Assembly (NCBI GenBank): GCA_965224085.1
Contig: CBDCYI010000004.1
Location: forward strand, 1,248,001-1,312,000
DNA length: 64,000 bases
Direction of reading: 5' to 3'
From: Candidatus Marinacidobacterales bacterium
GTDB taxonomy: Bacteria > Acidobacteriota > Vicinamibacteria > Marinacidobacterales > SMYC01
Position 1 is the stretch's first letter. Every line of letters begins with the position of its first letter. Shown here piece after piece: positions 50,639 to 60,570 of the stretch. Both the position numbers and the translations under genes were made by a program. The notes under the pieces are model-generated. The model saw nothing but the letters and a program-made list of their open reading frames with translations. It made no database searches and had not been told where the DNA came from.

Positions 50639-51812
50639 CAGCCTCGACAAACGAGAACTGGAACGCGGGGAGCTTTTTTCGTATGTCTGCGACGAGGCGG
50701 GCCACGCCGCGAGGGCCCGTGACCGTAACCACGGCCGAGAGCTCTACGCGGTCGCCTTCCTGCTCGAGTCTCCGCATCCGGAACTCTTGGACGACGGAAG
50801 GTATCTGCTCGAGAGCACGCTGCTCAAAGAACCGATCGGCATCGCCGGAAACGACGAGAAGGAGCGTCCTGTCTGGCATCCGCGGCCACAGCCGTTGTCG
50901 CACGACCACGAAAAGGGAGACGAGCACGACGACCGCGACCGCCAGAGGGCGTTGGCGCGCCCCGAGGGCCACACCCACGGCGATGCAAAACAACAGATAG
51001 GCGATCTCGTCTGGCGTCTTGATGGCGGTGCGAAAGCGAACGACCGAAAGTGCACCGATGAGCCCGAGCGACAGAGCGAGTGACGACTCCACGACGACGA
51101 TGACCAGAACGGTCGTGAGGGTGAACACGGGAAACAGCTTGCCGAACGCGTGGCGATTCGATGGGACGGGGGCGAAGCCGATATAGAGACCGCGTATAAC
51201 GAGCGCCAAAAAGCCAGCCAGGATGAGATTCGTGGCGAGACTCACGCCTTGGTTGTAGTCGGCTCCACCTTGTTCCAGAAGCCAGGATTCCGCATCGAGC
51301 GTGAGATCGCCCGCCGCTTTCGCGAGCATACGTCCCGGGCTCGAGACGAGCGCGAGCTCCCCCCAGACCGTCCGGACCCGGTCGGCCCACAGAATATCGA
51401 CATTACGATCCTCGGGCGTACGCGTGACGAGCACGAGCACGACCCGCTCTTCCGACCACGCGCTCAAGTCCACAACGCGCGAGTGCCAGCGGTTGGCGTC
51501 GCCGAATCGAAAGACCTCGTTGAAAACCTCGACGGAGTCGTCTTCCGCTTCGACGATGACCCCAAAGGAAACGCGGGCGCGGCGGACGTTCTGCTCGGTG
51601 ACGAGCGCCGGCGAAACACGGAGAAAAGCCGCACTCGGGAGATCCACCTCGAAACGGCGCTCGGCGGGAAAAGGAAGCACCAAGGCATCATGTGCAGCAC
51701 CCGAGAGCTCGAACCGCGCGCGCTCCGCCAGATCGCCGCGCTCGACGAGCGATGTCCGAGGTTCCTCACATCCGGAAAGCGTCAGGACGATGAGGATGAC
51801 TGCCCGATTCAC
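50625..51812 (-). CDS. DUF4956 membrane protein with N-terminal lipoprotein/extracytoplasmic domain
   Basis: GTG start overlapping the CotH stop; LTLSGC lipobox; SSLALSLGLIGALSVVRFRTAIK..EIAYLL..IAVG; C-terminal ACT-like domain. Confidence 0.85.
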   Translation of the reverse strand: MNRAVILIVLTLSGCEEPRTSLVERGDLAERARFELSGAAHDALVLPFPAERRFEVDLPSAAFLRVSPALVTEQNVRRARVSFGVIVEAEDDSVEVFNEVFRFGDANRWHSRVVDLSAWSEERVVLVLVTRTPEDRNVDILWADRVRTVWGELALVSSPGRMLAKAAGDLTLDAESWLLEQGGADYNQGVSLATNLILAGFLALVIRGLYIGFAPVPSNRHAFGKLFPVFTLTTVLVIVVVESSLALSLGLIGALSVVRFRTAIKTPDEIAYLLFCIAVGVALGARQRPLAVAVVVLVSLFVVVRQRLWPRMPDRTLLLVVSGDADRFFEQRALEQIPSVVQEFRMRRLEQEGDRVELSAVVTVTGPRGVARLVADIRKKLPAFQFSFVEADEIP

Positions 51813-53767
51813 GAGGTCTCCGTAATAGCGCGCAATGCGCTCCATTCCATTCCGTCCCGGGCGCGCGTCTTGAGCTTCGTCGTGCCTTCGAGCGCGATGC
51901 TATCACCGCTTCGCAGGCGTTTTGCCTGGCTCGAGACAGCTCCGCCGATCGCGCGAGGGTCGCTACCATCGCGGGTCACATAAATCTCGACGCCTTGGGT
52001 TTGGACCAGCGTAACCGACGATGTGGAAATCCTCGTGGGCTCGGGCGGGTCGATCCGCGGGTAATAGTCCTCTTGTCTCAAGACTTCGATGAAGTGCGAG
52101 ACGTTTCCCGTCATCACTTCTTCGACCCTTCTTACCTGTGGCAAGAAAGTGTCGTTCCGCGTCCTTGTCGGCTCGCCGAGCGCCTTGCGTGCATCGCCCC
52201 AGCGGGCAGATTCCGCGACCACGGCTGACTCGATATAAGCCACAAGTCGCCTCCAACGCGCAATCGAGCGCTCTTCGGTGAGCGCACCATGGAAACAGTG
52301 TTGATAGACTCGATCGGCGAATAGCGTCATGAACTCGCGACTCTGCGCGAGCGCGTGCCAGATCCCGACCATGTCCCCCGATCGCGTGGCCGCGGCCCGG
52401 GTGAAGAGTCCGTGCACCCACGCCATGGGCGTGTCACCCGAGAACAAAGTATATTCCGCATCCCACATGAAGTAGCGGAACGGGCCCGGCGGGTTGTTTC
52501 TATTACCCCCATACCAGTTTCGATCGGGTCCCCAGTCGTAGAGTCTCGAGTACCACGCGAGAATGATGTAGTCGACGAAATGCTCGACGTCCAAAGATTG
52601 CTGAAGTTCCCGATAATTCTGGAGGACCCGCATGTCTTTGTTTTTCAACGGTCCGCGAAGGTAATGCCATCGCCTATCGTCACCGTGCAGTACGCCGTTG
52701 TGATTCACAGCCATCCAGTCCGACTGCTCACCTCCTAAATGTGCCGATGTGAACCATCCGTCCGGACGCTCGGCCGCGTTGTAGAGACCCCAGTAGAAAC
52801 CATTCAGATACAGATGGACGAACGTCCCGTGCGCGCCGAGCTCGGTCATCGCGATCTCCGTATCGCGTGTCCACTGATCCCTCGCGTAGGTCGTCTCGCC
52901 GGCGTCGTGGCCCGCGAAGGAGCGCGTGTGGCCCGAGCGCAATACGAGCCGATCGAACTTGGTCGTGGCCGATTTTCCGTTGAGAGGAGCGTCCTGCATG
53001 AGCTTCGAGCGGAGTTTGCCAACCCCATACTCATTCTTGAAAACGAGTTTGAGCGCTCGTTTGGCGCCGTAGCCTGCATGCGACTCGACGGCGCAATCGA
53101 CCTGGAAACCGCGATCGGGTAGGTGCGGATAGATGAGCTCAACCGATGCGGGGCCCCTCCCGGGCTTCGCTTGGCTCCGGAAATAGACGCCGCTTTCCGA
53201 GCGCTTCAGATTACCATCATCGGAGAACACTTGGCCGAATAGATCTTGCTTGTCCATCACGACGGAAAGCGACGGAATCGCTTTCATAGCGGAGAAGATC
53301 TCGCGACGATAATCCACGTGATCCACGATTGCGGGGTCCATCTCGTAGTCGAATTCAGTCAAACCGCCCATGCCGATCCCGCCTATCGAGGTCGGAAATC
53401 CGCTCGGGTAGCGGGGCTGTCTGACGACGTGCTTCGGAAAAATGTAGGTGTGGGTGTCGACATTACTCGGCGTGAGCCCTCTCTTGTACGCCATCGCGCG
53501 CAGCGTCGTCGTGCTATCGATCCTCACGACAACGGGGTTCTCGTCGCCGAGACCGTGCGTCGGGCTCGGCGCGCTTCCATCGGTAGTGTATCGAACACGG
53601 GCGCCTTCGGTGCCGGACTGGATGACAACTGCAAAACCCGAATCGTAGAAACCGCGCTCCCGGTTGAAACGCGTATCGGCCACGACGTTTTGAGCGGCGG
53701 CGCCAGCGAGTGACGACAGGACGACGGAAACGAAAGCCGCCATCGTCCTAGGAAGAAACGGATGCAT
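51809..53767 (-). CDS. Secreted CotH-family kinase flanked by chitobiase/Fn3-like domains
   Basis: Signal peptide; RYTTDGSAP and YVTRDGSDP; FVHLYLNGFYWGLYNAAERP; DW...NWY...WDAE; AESARWGD. Confidence 0.85.
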   Translation of the reverse strand: MHPFLPRTMAAFVSVVLSSLAGAAAQNVVADTRFNRERGFYDSGFAVVIQSGTEGARVRYTTDGSAPSPTHGLGDENPVVVRIDSTTTLRAMAYKRGLTPSNVDTHTYIFPKHVVRQPRYPSGFPTSIGGIGMGGLTEFDYEMDPAIVDHVDYRREIFSAMKAIPSLSVVMDKQDLFGQVFSDDGNLKRSESGVYFRSQAKPGRGPASVELIYPHLPDRGFQVDCAVESHAGYGAKRALKLVFKNEYGVGKLRSKLMQDAPLNGKSATTKFDRLVLRSGHTRSFAGHDAGETTYARDQWTRDTEIAMTELGAHGTFVHLYLNGFYWGLYNAAERPDGWFTSAHLGGEQSDWMAVNHNGVLHGDDRRWHYLRGPLKNKDMRVLQNYRELQQSLDVEHFVDYIILAWYSRLYDWGPDRNWYGGNRNNPPGPFRYFMWDAEYTLFSGDTPMAWVHGLFTRAAATRSGDMVGIWHALAQSREFMTLFADRVYQHCFHGALTEERSIARWRRLVAYIESAVVAESARWGDARKALGEPTRTRNDTFLPQVRRVEEVMTGNVSHFIEVLRQEDYYPRIDPPEPTRISTSSVTLVQTQGVEIYVTRDGSDPRAIGGAVSSQAKRLRSGDSIALEGTTKLKTRARDGMEWSALRAITETS

Positions 53768-53857
53768 ATCGATCGACCCAGCGAGTTTAGCGGTTGACAT
53801 GGCCGCTGGCCAGCAGGACTGTTTGGAGGAACTCAAGGTGAGATACAATCGCTCGTC

Positions 53858-54529
53858 ATGTGGCCCCAGAATCTAGGACCGGAGCTTACCATGGTCCTCA
53901 ACTGCGCGGTGAACATGCTCATCGGTGGAGCTCTCGCGCTCTACATCCGAGAGCTCTATAAGCGCTTCGGCACCTCCATCTCCAACCGTGACAATTTCTC
54001 CGGTGTGTTCCCGATGCTCACCATGGTGACGGTCGTCATCATCTTCGTCGTGAAGTCCTCGCTGGCACTTTCCTTGGGTTTGGTCGGGGCGCTCTCGATC
54101 GTCCGCTTCCGCGCGGCGATCAAGACATCGGAGGAGCTCGTTTATCTCTTTTTGTGCATCGGGGTCGGGCTCGCGCTCGGCGCCGAGCACCGATTGCTCG
54201 CCGCGGTTGCCGTGGTCATCGTCACGATCTTCGTCGTCGGCCGGCGCGTTCTCGGGTGGAGCGCGTCGCGGCAGAACCTTCTCCTGACCGTCATCGGCGA
54301 TGCCGAGCGCTTTGTCGAAACCGCTGACGAGGCCAGTATTGTCGAAGCTCTCGAGCGATTGACGGGCGGGCTGACGATTCAGAGATTTGATCTCGAGGAT
54401 GGCCAAGTGCAGATTCGAGCCAGAGTCACCCCGGGCGGCCCCAAAGAAACGACCCAGCTGATAACCGAGATCAAGAAGGAGTTCCCCCACCTCCAGGTTT
54501 CCTATGTGAACTTGGACTCGCTCGTGTAA
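53858..54529 (+). CDS. DUF4956 membrane protein (stand-alone)
   Basis: KSSLALSLGLVGALSIVRFRAAIKTSEELVYLF; paralog of 50625..51812. Confidence 0.9.
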   Translation: MWPQNLGPELTMVLNCAVNMLIGGALALYIRELYKRFGTSISNRDNFSGVFPMLTMVTVVIIFVVKSSLALSLGLVGALSIVRFRAAIKTSEELVYLFLCIGVGLALGAEHRLLAAVAVVIVTIFVVGRRVLGWSASRQNLLLTVIGDAERFVETADEASIVEALERLTGGLTIQRFDLEDGQVQIRARVTPGGPKETTQLITEIKKEFPHLQVSYVNLDSLV

Positions 54530-54546
54530 GAAGCGGACGCCACGAT

Positions 54547-55809
54547 CTAACGAATCGTTTCGGCTGAGGAAGCGGCTACGGATTCCCGGTAGCGAGCAAT
54601 CCGCTCCTCCAACACACTCGAAGAGCGCTCAAAGGATTGGCTCAATCGCTGCACGGTGTCTCGTATCGTAGCCTCCGCCGTCGCCCGGTCTGACTCGGGT
54701 GAGCCGTTTCCGTTCGGGAAGAGCTCTAACATTGCCGAAGCCACGTTTTCGCGCGCCATGAAAGGCAACAGCGCGTCGCTCGTTTCCCGAAGGATGTCGT
54801 CGAATATTCGAGGTTTGAGCCGGGTCTCGACGAGGTCCTCGAGCACGTCGACATATAGCGCGTAGCCAACCGGGTCGCCCAGCAGGATGTGGTCCCACTC
54901 CGCTTCGGCGCAGTAGGTGAGCTCGTAGGGGTCGCGAAACGCATATCGACCATCCAAATGGCACACGTTGAAGACGTCGTCTGGGTCCCAGGCGAAGAAC
55001 GTGTAATAGGGTCGGGCGCCGGCCTGCGGAGTCGGGTTGTCCTCCGCGAGCAACCACAGCTCGTCAACGGAATCTCCGTTCTGGAGGAGTGCGTTCGAAG
55101 CGATCCACAACAGATACTGGTCTAGATTCATGCGCTCGCGAAAGCGGGCCACGAGTCGCTCTCCTGAAAGCCCCACGAATTCCTCGAGCGTTTTCTCGTA
55201 ATCAGCTCTCGCTTCCTGCTCACCCGTCCTCGAATATTTCACCTCCACTAGCGTCCTGACGGAAGAGAAGTTACGCCTCAGAAGCGCCCGTAGCCCGCTT
55301 CGCGAGAAGCGGATCCGATCCAATTTCTCAACGAGTAGATACACGCCTCGCGAGCTTCCGTTCAGCGTCAGCTCCACGTAGCGAAGCTGCATTGGAAAGA
55401 GTCCAAGTTGACTCCAGAGCTTGAGCACCGTGTGTTGGCGTACATAGCCGTGATCAAGGCACATGCTCAAAAGATAGAATTCGTCGGTCACCGAGTCGAG
55501 AGAGGCAAAGCGAGGCCGCTTCCCGTACAGGTTGAGCGTGTAGTTTCTTCGTGCGCAGCCAAACGAACCTTTGCCGCGCAGATGTGCCGTGGCTCTCGCC
55601 GCCTCCCAGTGCTCGCCCATCCGCACGGAGAGCGAGAAGTCACTCCGGTTCGATTGCTTGATTCTCCGCCCATACTCCTTCCATTCGGCGTCCGTGAAGA
55701 GAAAGTCCACCCGGTCTCGATTTGGCTCTTCAACAGTGCAAGCAGACTGAATAGCCGTCGCCAGCGTCAATAGCATCCCGGCTATTCGACGCCGTTTTTG
55801 CGCTTTCAC
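54547..55809 (-). CDS. CotH-family kinase, probable lipoprotein
   Basis: Basic N-region then AIQSAC; LRGKGS..RRNYTL, GVYLLVEK, NGD, AWDPDD; start uncertain. Confidence 0.8.
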   Translation of the reverse strand: MKAQKRRRIAGMLLTLATAIQSACTVEEPNRDRVDFLFTDAEWKEYGRRIKQSNRSDFSLSVRMGEHWEAARATAHLRGKGSFGCARRNYTLNLYGKRPRFASLDSVTDEFYLLSMCLDHGYVRQHTVLKLWSQLGLFPMQLRYVELTLNGSSRGVYLLVEKLDRIRFSRSGLRALLRRNFSSVRTLVEVKYSRTGEQEARADYEKTLEEFVGLSGERLVARFRERMNLDQYLLWIASNALLQNGDSVDELWLLAEDNPTPQAGARPYYTFFAWDPDDVFNVCHLDGRYAFRDPYELTYCAEAEWDHILLGDPVGYALYVDVLEDLVETRLKPRIFDDILRETSDALLPFMARENVASAMLELFPNGNGSPESDRATAEATIRDTVQRLSQSFERSSSVLEERIARYRESVAASSAETIR

Positions 55810-56034
55810 TTTGGTTACTTCCGATGGCCCATGTAGTCGGGACCACCGGTTATCGTACTCCACGGCGCGGCCCGACGTCTCGCCCAAGTCGTTTCTATGG
55901 CGATTCGCCGACTCGGCATGAGATTCGGCACGCTTTGCGCCGCCAGCAGCTCGGGGCGCGCTCCGAAGCGTTGGATCACACGCTCTTCTCCTGCCGTTGA
56001 TATCGCAACGAGCGTCCTTCGCCCTTCGTGGCTA

Positions 56035-56170
56035 TACCCATCGAACGACCTACGCGCGCGACCAGTGGGCGCGTGACGGCCTGATCGCGATGACGGGCTC
56101 TGGTTCGCGCAGTCTCTTCGTGCATTGGTACATCAACGGTCTCTATTGGGGCCTCTACAACGCCGTGGCA
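56035..56170 (+). pseudogene. Short internal remnant of a third CotH kinase
   Basis: TTYARDQWARDGLIAM...FVHWYINGLYWGLYNA aligns with TTYARDQWTRDTEIAM...FVHLYLNGFYWGLYNA of the 51809 gene. Confidence 0.8.
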
Positions 56171-56215
56171 AGAGGGACAACAGTGAGTCCTATACTGCGG
56201 TATATTTAGCGCTTC

Positions 56216-57436
56216 GTGTCTTTGAAATTCCTCATCTTGTTCGCGCTTCTCACAGAGCCCCAAGCGGAGCATGCGTTTCTGCGCGACAAGATCCTCGGCA
56301 TGCTCGTCGGCTCCGCGATCGGCGATGCGATGGGCGCGCCGAGCGAGATGTGGACACGCGAGCAGATCCAGGCCGAGTACGGGTTCGTAAAGGACCTTCA
56401 TCCCAGGATGACGAAGCCCTCACCCGAGGGAACGTGGGAGCTCAACGTCCGCGCCGGCACTACCACTGACGACACGCGTTGGAAGGCGCTAGCTATCGAT
56501 TACTTGAGCGGAGCGGGTGACGGCGAGCTCCACGCGAAAGACTTTGCCGCCTATTTGTCCTCGCGCTTCGCGGCCGAGATCGAAGAGCTGCGCCGACTCA
56601 CCATGGACGACCCCGCCCCGGCGCTGATCGAAGGCGTCATGCGCTTGCAGTGGCTCGAGGAGTGGGAACGGGTTGCACGCGCGTATACGGACGGCGATAT
56701 CGACGAGTACTCGAGCGCGCTCAACCGATTCTACGGTGGTGAGATGGTGTGTGCCGGCATCCTGTTCGCGCCGGCTCTGGGCACGTTCTATCCAGGGGAG
56801 CCCGAAGCCGCGTATCGCAACACCTTCGCCGTCGACATCTACGATCTCGGCTACGCGAAGGACGTGAGTGCCATCACTGCGGCGATGATCGCTGCCGCGA
56901 TTCCGGAAGGCTCGACGCCGGAGTCGATCCTCGCCGTGCTATCGGAGGTCGACCCTCAGGGTTTTTTTGAGAGCCGCCTCATCGGGAGGCAGGCGTTCAA
57001 CATTCTCCGCGATGCCCGTGCCATTGCACACAGGGCGCGCGAGGTAGGGCTGACCAAAGATGCGCTGGCGCACGACCCGTGGGTTGACAGCGGGCACGAG
57101 CCTATCGAGCGCGCGCAGCTGAATGAAGCCTATCGGTTGCTCGACGAGCGGCAACAGCGCATGCCGTTTCATGCGGGCGAGATCCATCTCGTGAACTTGA
57201 CCGCACTCCTCTATAGCGATTTCGATTTTCGCGGCGCGCTCGAGTTCGTCGTCAACTATGGGCGCGACAACGACACGACGGCCGCTGTCGCCGGTGCCGT
57301 GGTGGGCGCGTTTTTGGGCGCCGAGCGGCTTCCGGGGAAGTGGGTGTCGACCGTCCTCGAGAGGAATCGCGCCATCGGGATCGACCTCGACGAACTGGCT
57401 GATCGCCTCGTCGCCGCGGTCGAAAACCGCCGATAG
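56216..57436 (+). CDS. ADP-ribosylglycohydrolase family protein with signal peptide
   Basis: GSAIGDAMG, TTDDT, GRDNDTTAAVAG. Confidence 0.88.
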   Translation: MSLKFLILFALLTEPQAEHAFLRDKILGMLVGSAIGDAMGAPSEMWTREQIQAEYGFVKDLHPRMTKPSPEGTWELNVRAGTTTDDTRWKALAIDYLSGAGDGELHAKDFAAYLSSRFAAEIEELRRLTMDDPAPALIEGVMRLQWLEEWERVARAYTDGDIDEYSSALNRFYGGEMVCAGILFAPALGTFYPGEPEAAYRNTFAVDIYDLGYAKDVSAITAAMIAAAIPEGSTPESILAVLSEVDPQGFFESRLIGRQAFNILRDARAIAHRAREVGLTKDALAHDPWVDSGHEPIERAQLNEAYRLLDERQQRMPFHAGEIHLVNLTALLYSDFDFRGALEFVVNYGRDNDTTAAVAGAVVGAFLGAERLPGKWVSTVLERNRAIGIDLDELADRLVAAVENRR

Positions 57437-57465
57437 TGGCCATCTCATTTCGAAAGAGCCACTAC

Positions 57466-57488
57466 TTGTACATATACAATATATACAG
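57466..57488. promoter_or_regulatory. GntR-type operator-like palindrome upstream of the desaturase
   Basis: TTGTA-cata-TACAA plus tandem ATATACA in an AT-rich patch. Confidence 0.45.
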
Positions 57489-57558
57489 TGGTCACGGAGG
57501 GGAGTGAAATCCCGGATGACCGCTTTTCGAAAAGTGACATGGGGATAAGCTAGGCGAT

Positions 57559-58554
57559 ATGGCGACCAGGCGTCTTCTCTCCACAGAAGAAAGAGCCCGC
57601 CGCATCCGGCGCTGGATCCGGCGCGGTGAGGACCGGCTCCTCGAGCGATTCGCGGTCTTGCGACATCAAAACGCGATAGGGGCCACGCTTCTCGTTCTAG
57701 CTGCTTCGGGTATGGTCGTCTCGGGCTGGCTCTATTGGACGGGATGGATCCCCGGCTATGTCTGCATATTGCAGTGCGCGTTCTCAGCGTCGATTCTTCA
57801 CGAGATCGAGCACGATCTGATTCACTACCTCTACTTCCGAAAACGCCCGATCGTTCACAACGCGATGATGTTCTTCGTGTGGGCTTTCCGCGGAAACGTG
57901 CCGCACGGCTGGTACCGTCGGAAGATCCACTTTCATCATCACGGGGCGTCGGGAACGCACACGGATGTCGAAGAGAGGCTAGTGGGGCTCGGCACTCCCT
58001 GGGGCTTCCGTCGCTTCGTCATCTCCGTCGACGGCTTGATGTCGGTCCTTCTGAACGGGCGCGACCTCCGGTGTGAGATCCCGGCCTTTCGTCGCCGGAA
58101 CCTGGCTCTCGCTTGTCTTCCGTTCTATCCCTTGTTCCTTCTCGTGCTACTCAGCTTCACCATCTACCACGCCGCGATCTTGATGGGCATCACCCCTTCG
58201 GCCACGATGCAGCACGTCTATCCGTGGCTGGATTTGCTCGCGATTGCGTGGGTCTTTCCAAACTACTTGCGCCAAGCTGCACTCCAAATTGTCTCCTCCA
58301 ACTGTCACTACTATGACGACATCGGGAACATCACCGAAGAGACACAGGTACTGCGCCCTTTCTACTTGTGGCCGCTCCAGTTATTGTGTTTCAACTTCGG
58401 GACGACACACTGCTTCCATCACTACGTCGTCGAGCAGCCTTTCTATATTCGCCAGCTCATCACTCCTTGGGCCCTGCCCGCGATGAGGAAATACGGCGTC
58501 CGCGAGAACGACACCGGAACCTTCTGGCGCGCCAACCGGTTCCGGACTTCCTAA
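57559..58554 (+). CDS. Fatty acid desaturase family protein
   Basis: His boxes HEIEHDLIH, HFHHH, HCFHH; TM segments. Confidence 0.9.
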   Translation: MATRRLLSTEERARRIRRWIRRGEDRLLERFAVLRHQNAIGATLLVLAASGMVVSGWLYWTGWIPGYVCILQCAFSASILHEIEHDLIHYLYFRKRPIVHNAMMFFVWAFRGNVPHGWYRRKIHFHHHGASGTHTDVEERLVGLGTPWGFRRFVISVDGLMSVLLNGRDLRCEIPAFRRRNLALACLPFYPLFLLVLLSFTIYHAAILMGITPSATMQHVYPWLDLLAIAWVFPNYLRQAALQIVSSNCHYYDDIGNITEETQVLRPFYLWPLQLLCFNFGTTHCFHHYVVEQPFYIRQLITPWALPAMRKYGVRENDTGTFWRANRFRTS

Positions 58555-58660
58555 CGCTTCCGACGTACAGCGTTTGCAGCGCGCGGCCGATCGGACCGCG
58601 CACGTCGTGCAGCACCGTTTCCGTGATACCTATCCCCGTCGGCTCGACATGAGAGCGTCG
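58555..58660 (-). pseudogene. Possible C-terminal remnant of an acyl-CoA thioesterase
   Basis: Minus strand HVEPTGIGITETVLHDVRGPIGRALQTLYV. Confidence 0.4.
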
Positions 58661-58735
58661 GGAAATTTGTAGAAAACCAAGCTCATGCTGGGAGGCTATC
58701 GCGTTTCGTCTTCATGGCATAATCGGCGTCTATTC

Positions 58736-59650
58736 ATGAGCGAAGCCATCGTTCTCGACAACGTGACCAAGTCCTTCGGTTCGAAGGTCGCAGTCGCTTC
58801 GATGGGGCTCGCCATCCCTCGCGGCGGCCTCTATGGATTCATTGGCCCGAACGGCGCGGGCAAAACCACGACGATCCGCCTCGTGATGTCGATTCTCTTT
58901 CCCGATGACGGGCGCGTCTCGGTGCTCGGTGGCTCGGCGCTCGAAGTCAAAGACCGTATCGGCTACCTTCCCGAGGAGCGCGGGCTCTACCGTAAGATGA
59001 AGGTCGGTGCTTTTCTCGCCTACCTGGCGCGGCTCAAAGAAGTCGACGAAGCTGACGTGATGCAGCGGGTGCGCTATTGGCTCGAGCGGGTCGGTCTCGC
59101 GGAAGTCGAGCGCAAGCGTTGCGAGGAGCTATCGAAGGGGATGCAGCAGAAAGTGCAATTCGTCGCGGCCGTCTTGCACGAGCCGGAGCTTCTCATCTTG
59201 GACGAGCCCTTCAGCGGCCTCGACCCTGTCAACATGCGTCTTTTGCGGGAGCTCGTCCTCGAGCAGCACGCGCGCGGCGCGACCATCCTGTTCTCGACGC
59301 ATGTGATGCCCCAGGCCGAGCAGATCTGCGAGCACATCGTGATGATCCATGACGGCGTTGTCGTCCTCGACGAAAGCCTCGACGCCGTCCGCTCCCGCTT
59401 CGATCCGAGAACCATTGAGCTCGATCCCCTCGCGGAGACGCGGGAAGCGGACGAGGTCGCTCTAGGAGCCCTCCCCGGTGTCGCAGCCGTCGAGCGGGAG
59501 GAGCGCGGGTACACGATACGTCTCGACGAGGGCGCCGAGATTTCGCACATCATGGGTCGGGTCGCCGAGCGCGTAGCGCCGCGGCGACTCGAGCTTGCCC
59601 GGCCGACCCTCGAAGAAGTGTTCTTCGAGCTCGTGGGGGCCGAACGTTGA
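58736..59650 (+). CDS. ABC-2 exporter ATPase (NatA/YhaQ-like)
   Basis: GPNGAGKTT, YLPEERGLY, LSKGMQQK, LDEPFSGLDP. Confidence 0.92.
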   Translation: MSEAIVLDNVTKSFGSKVAVASMGLAIPRGGLYGFIGPNGAGKTTTIRLVMSILFPDDGRVSVLGGSALEVKDRIGYLPEERGLYRKMKVGAFLAYLARLKEVDEADVMQRVRYWLERVGLAEVERKRCEELSKGMQQKVQFVAAVLHEPELLILDEPFSGLDPVNMRLLRELVLEQHARGATILFSTHVMPQAEQICEHIVMIHDGVVVLDESLDAVRSRFDPRTIELDPLAETREADEVALGALPGVAAVEREERGYTIRLDEGAEISHIMGRVAERVAPRRLELARPTLEEVFFELVGAER

Positions 59651-60570
59651 GAAAGCTGTTTCACGTTGCGTGGCGCGAGTTCGTCACGACCGTTGCCACC
59701 AAAGGGTTCATCATCGGGGTTCTTCTGACGCCGGTCCTGATGGGCCTTTTCATACTCGTGATGCCCGCGCTCATGAACGAAGCGGCCCCGCCGATCGCGG
59801 GTGAGATTCTCCTTCGCGACCCTACGGGAGTCGTCTTCCCGGTCGTGCGGGACTATCTCGAGCCTGAAGCGATGGCCGAACGGCGTCGGCATCTACTGGA
59901 CACGGCGAGCGAAGTCGCGCCCGACACTGTTTCGGAAACGACGATGCGAGGTCTGATGGGCGAGGTGCCAGAACTCGATGTTCAGCGGCTCGAAGGCGGG
60001 CTCGAGGATGCGAAAGCTTCTCTTCTAGCGGACCCGAATCGGTTGGCGGTGGCGATCGTCGAGCCGAACGCCATCGACGAAGCGGAAGGAAGTTACGAGC
60101 TCTTCGTCCGCGAGAAGCTCGACGACCGCGTGGAGAGCGAGCTCCATGACGCGCTGCGGGAGGCCATTGTCGACGCGCGGATCCGAGCGCGGGGCCTCGA
60201 TCGCGGCGAGATCGACGCGATTACTCAGGTCGCGTATCGGCGCTCGACGACCGTGACGGAAGAAGGGGGAGCGCGAGACGCTCGGGGTCCTGAACATGGT
60301 GATGCCCCTCGCTTTCATGGGCCTCGTGTTGATGTCGGTGATGGTGAGCGGCCAATACCTTCTGACGACGACGATCGAAGAAAAACAGAGCCGTGTCGTC
60401 GAAATGCTGCTCTCCGCCGTCTCACCGATGGAGCTCATGACGGGGAAGATTCTCGGCCAGTTCTGCGTAGGCCTCGTCGTCCTCGTGCTGTATTCCGGGA
60501 TCGGCCTGGCGCTCGTCTCCTTCGCGGTCTCCGGCGTCCTCGACTCGTCGCTGGTTCTCTACCTTTTCGT
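59647..60570 (+). pseudogene. ABC-2 permease (NatB/YhaP-like), frameshifted and truncated by an IS
   Basis: AWREF; EEKQSRVVEMLLS..P.ELMTGK lies in the second frame; one extra G in the run near 60265-60269; ends at the IS. Confidence 0.85.
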
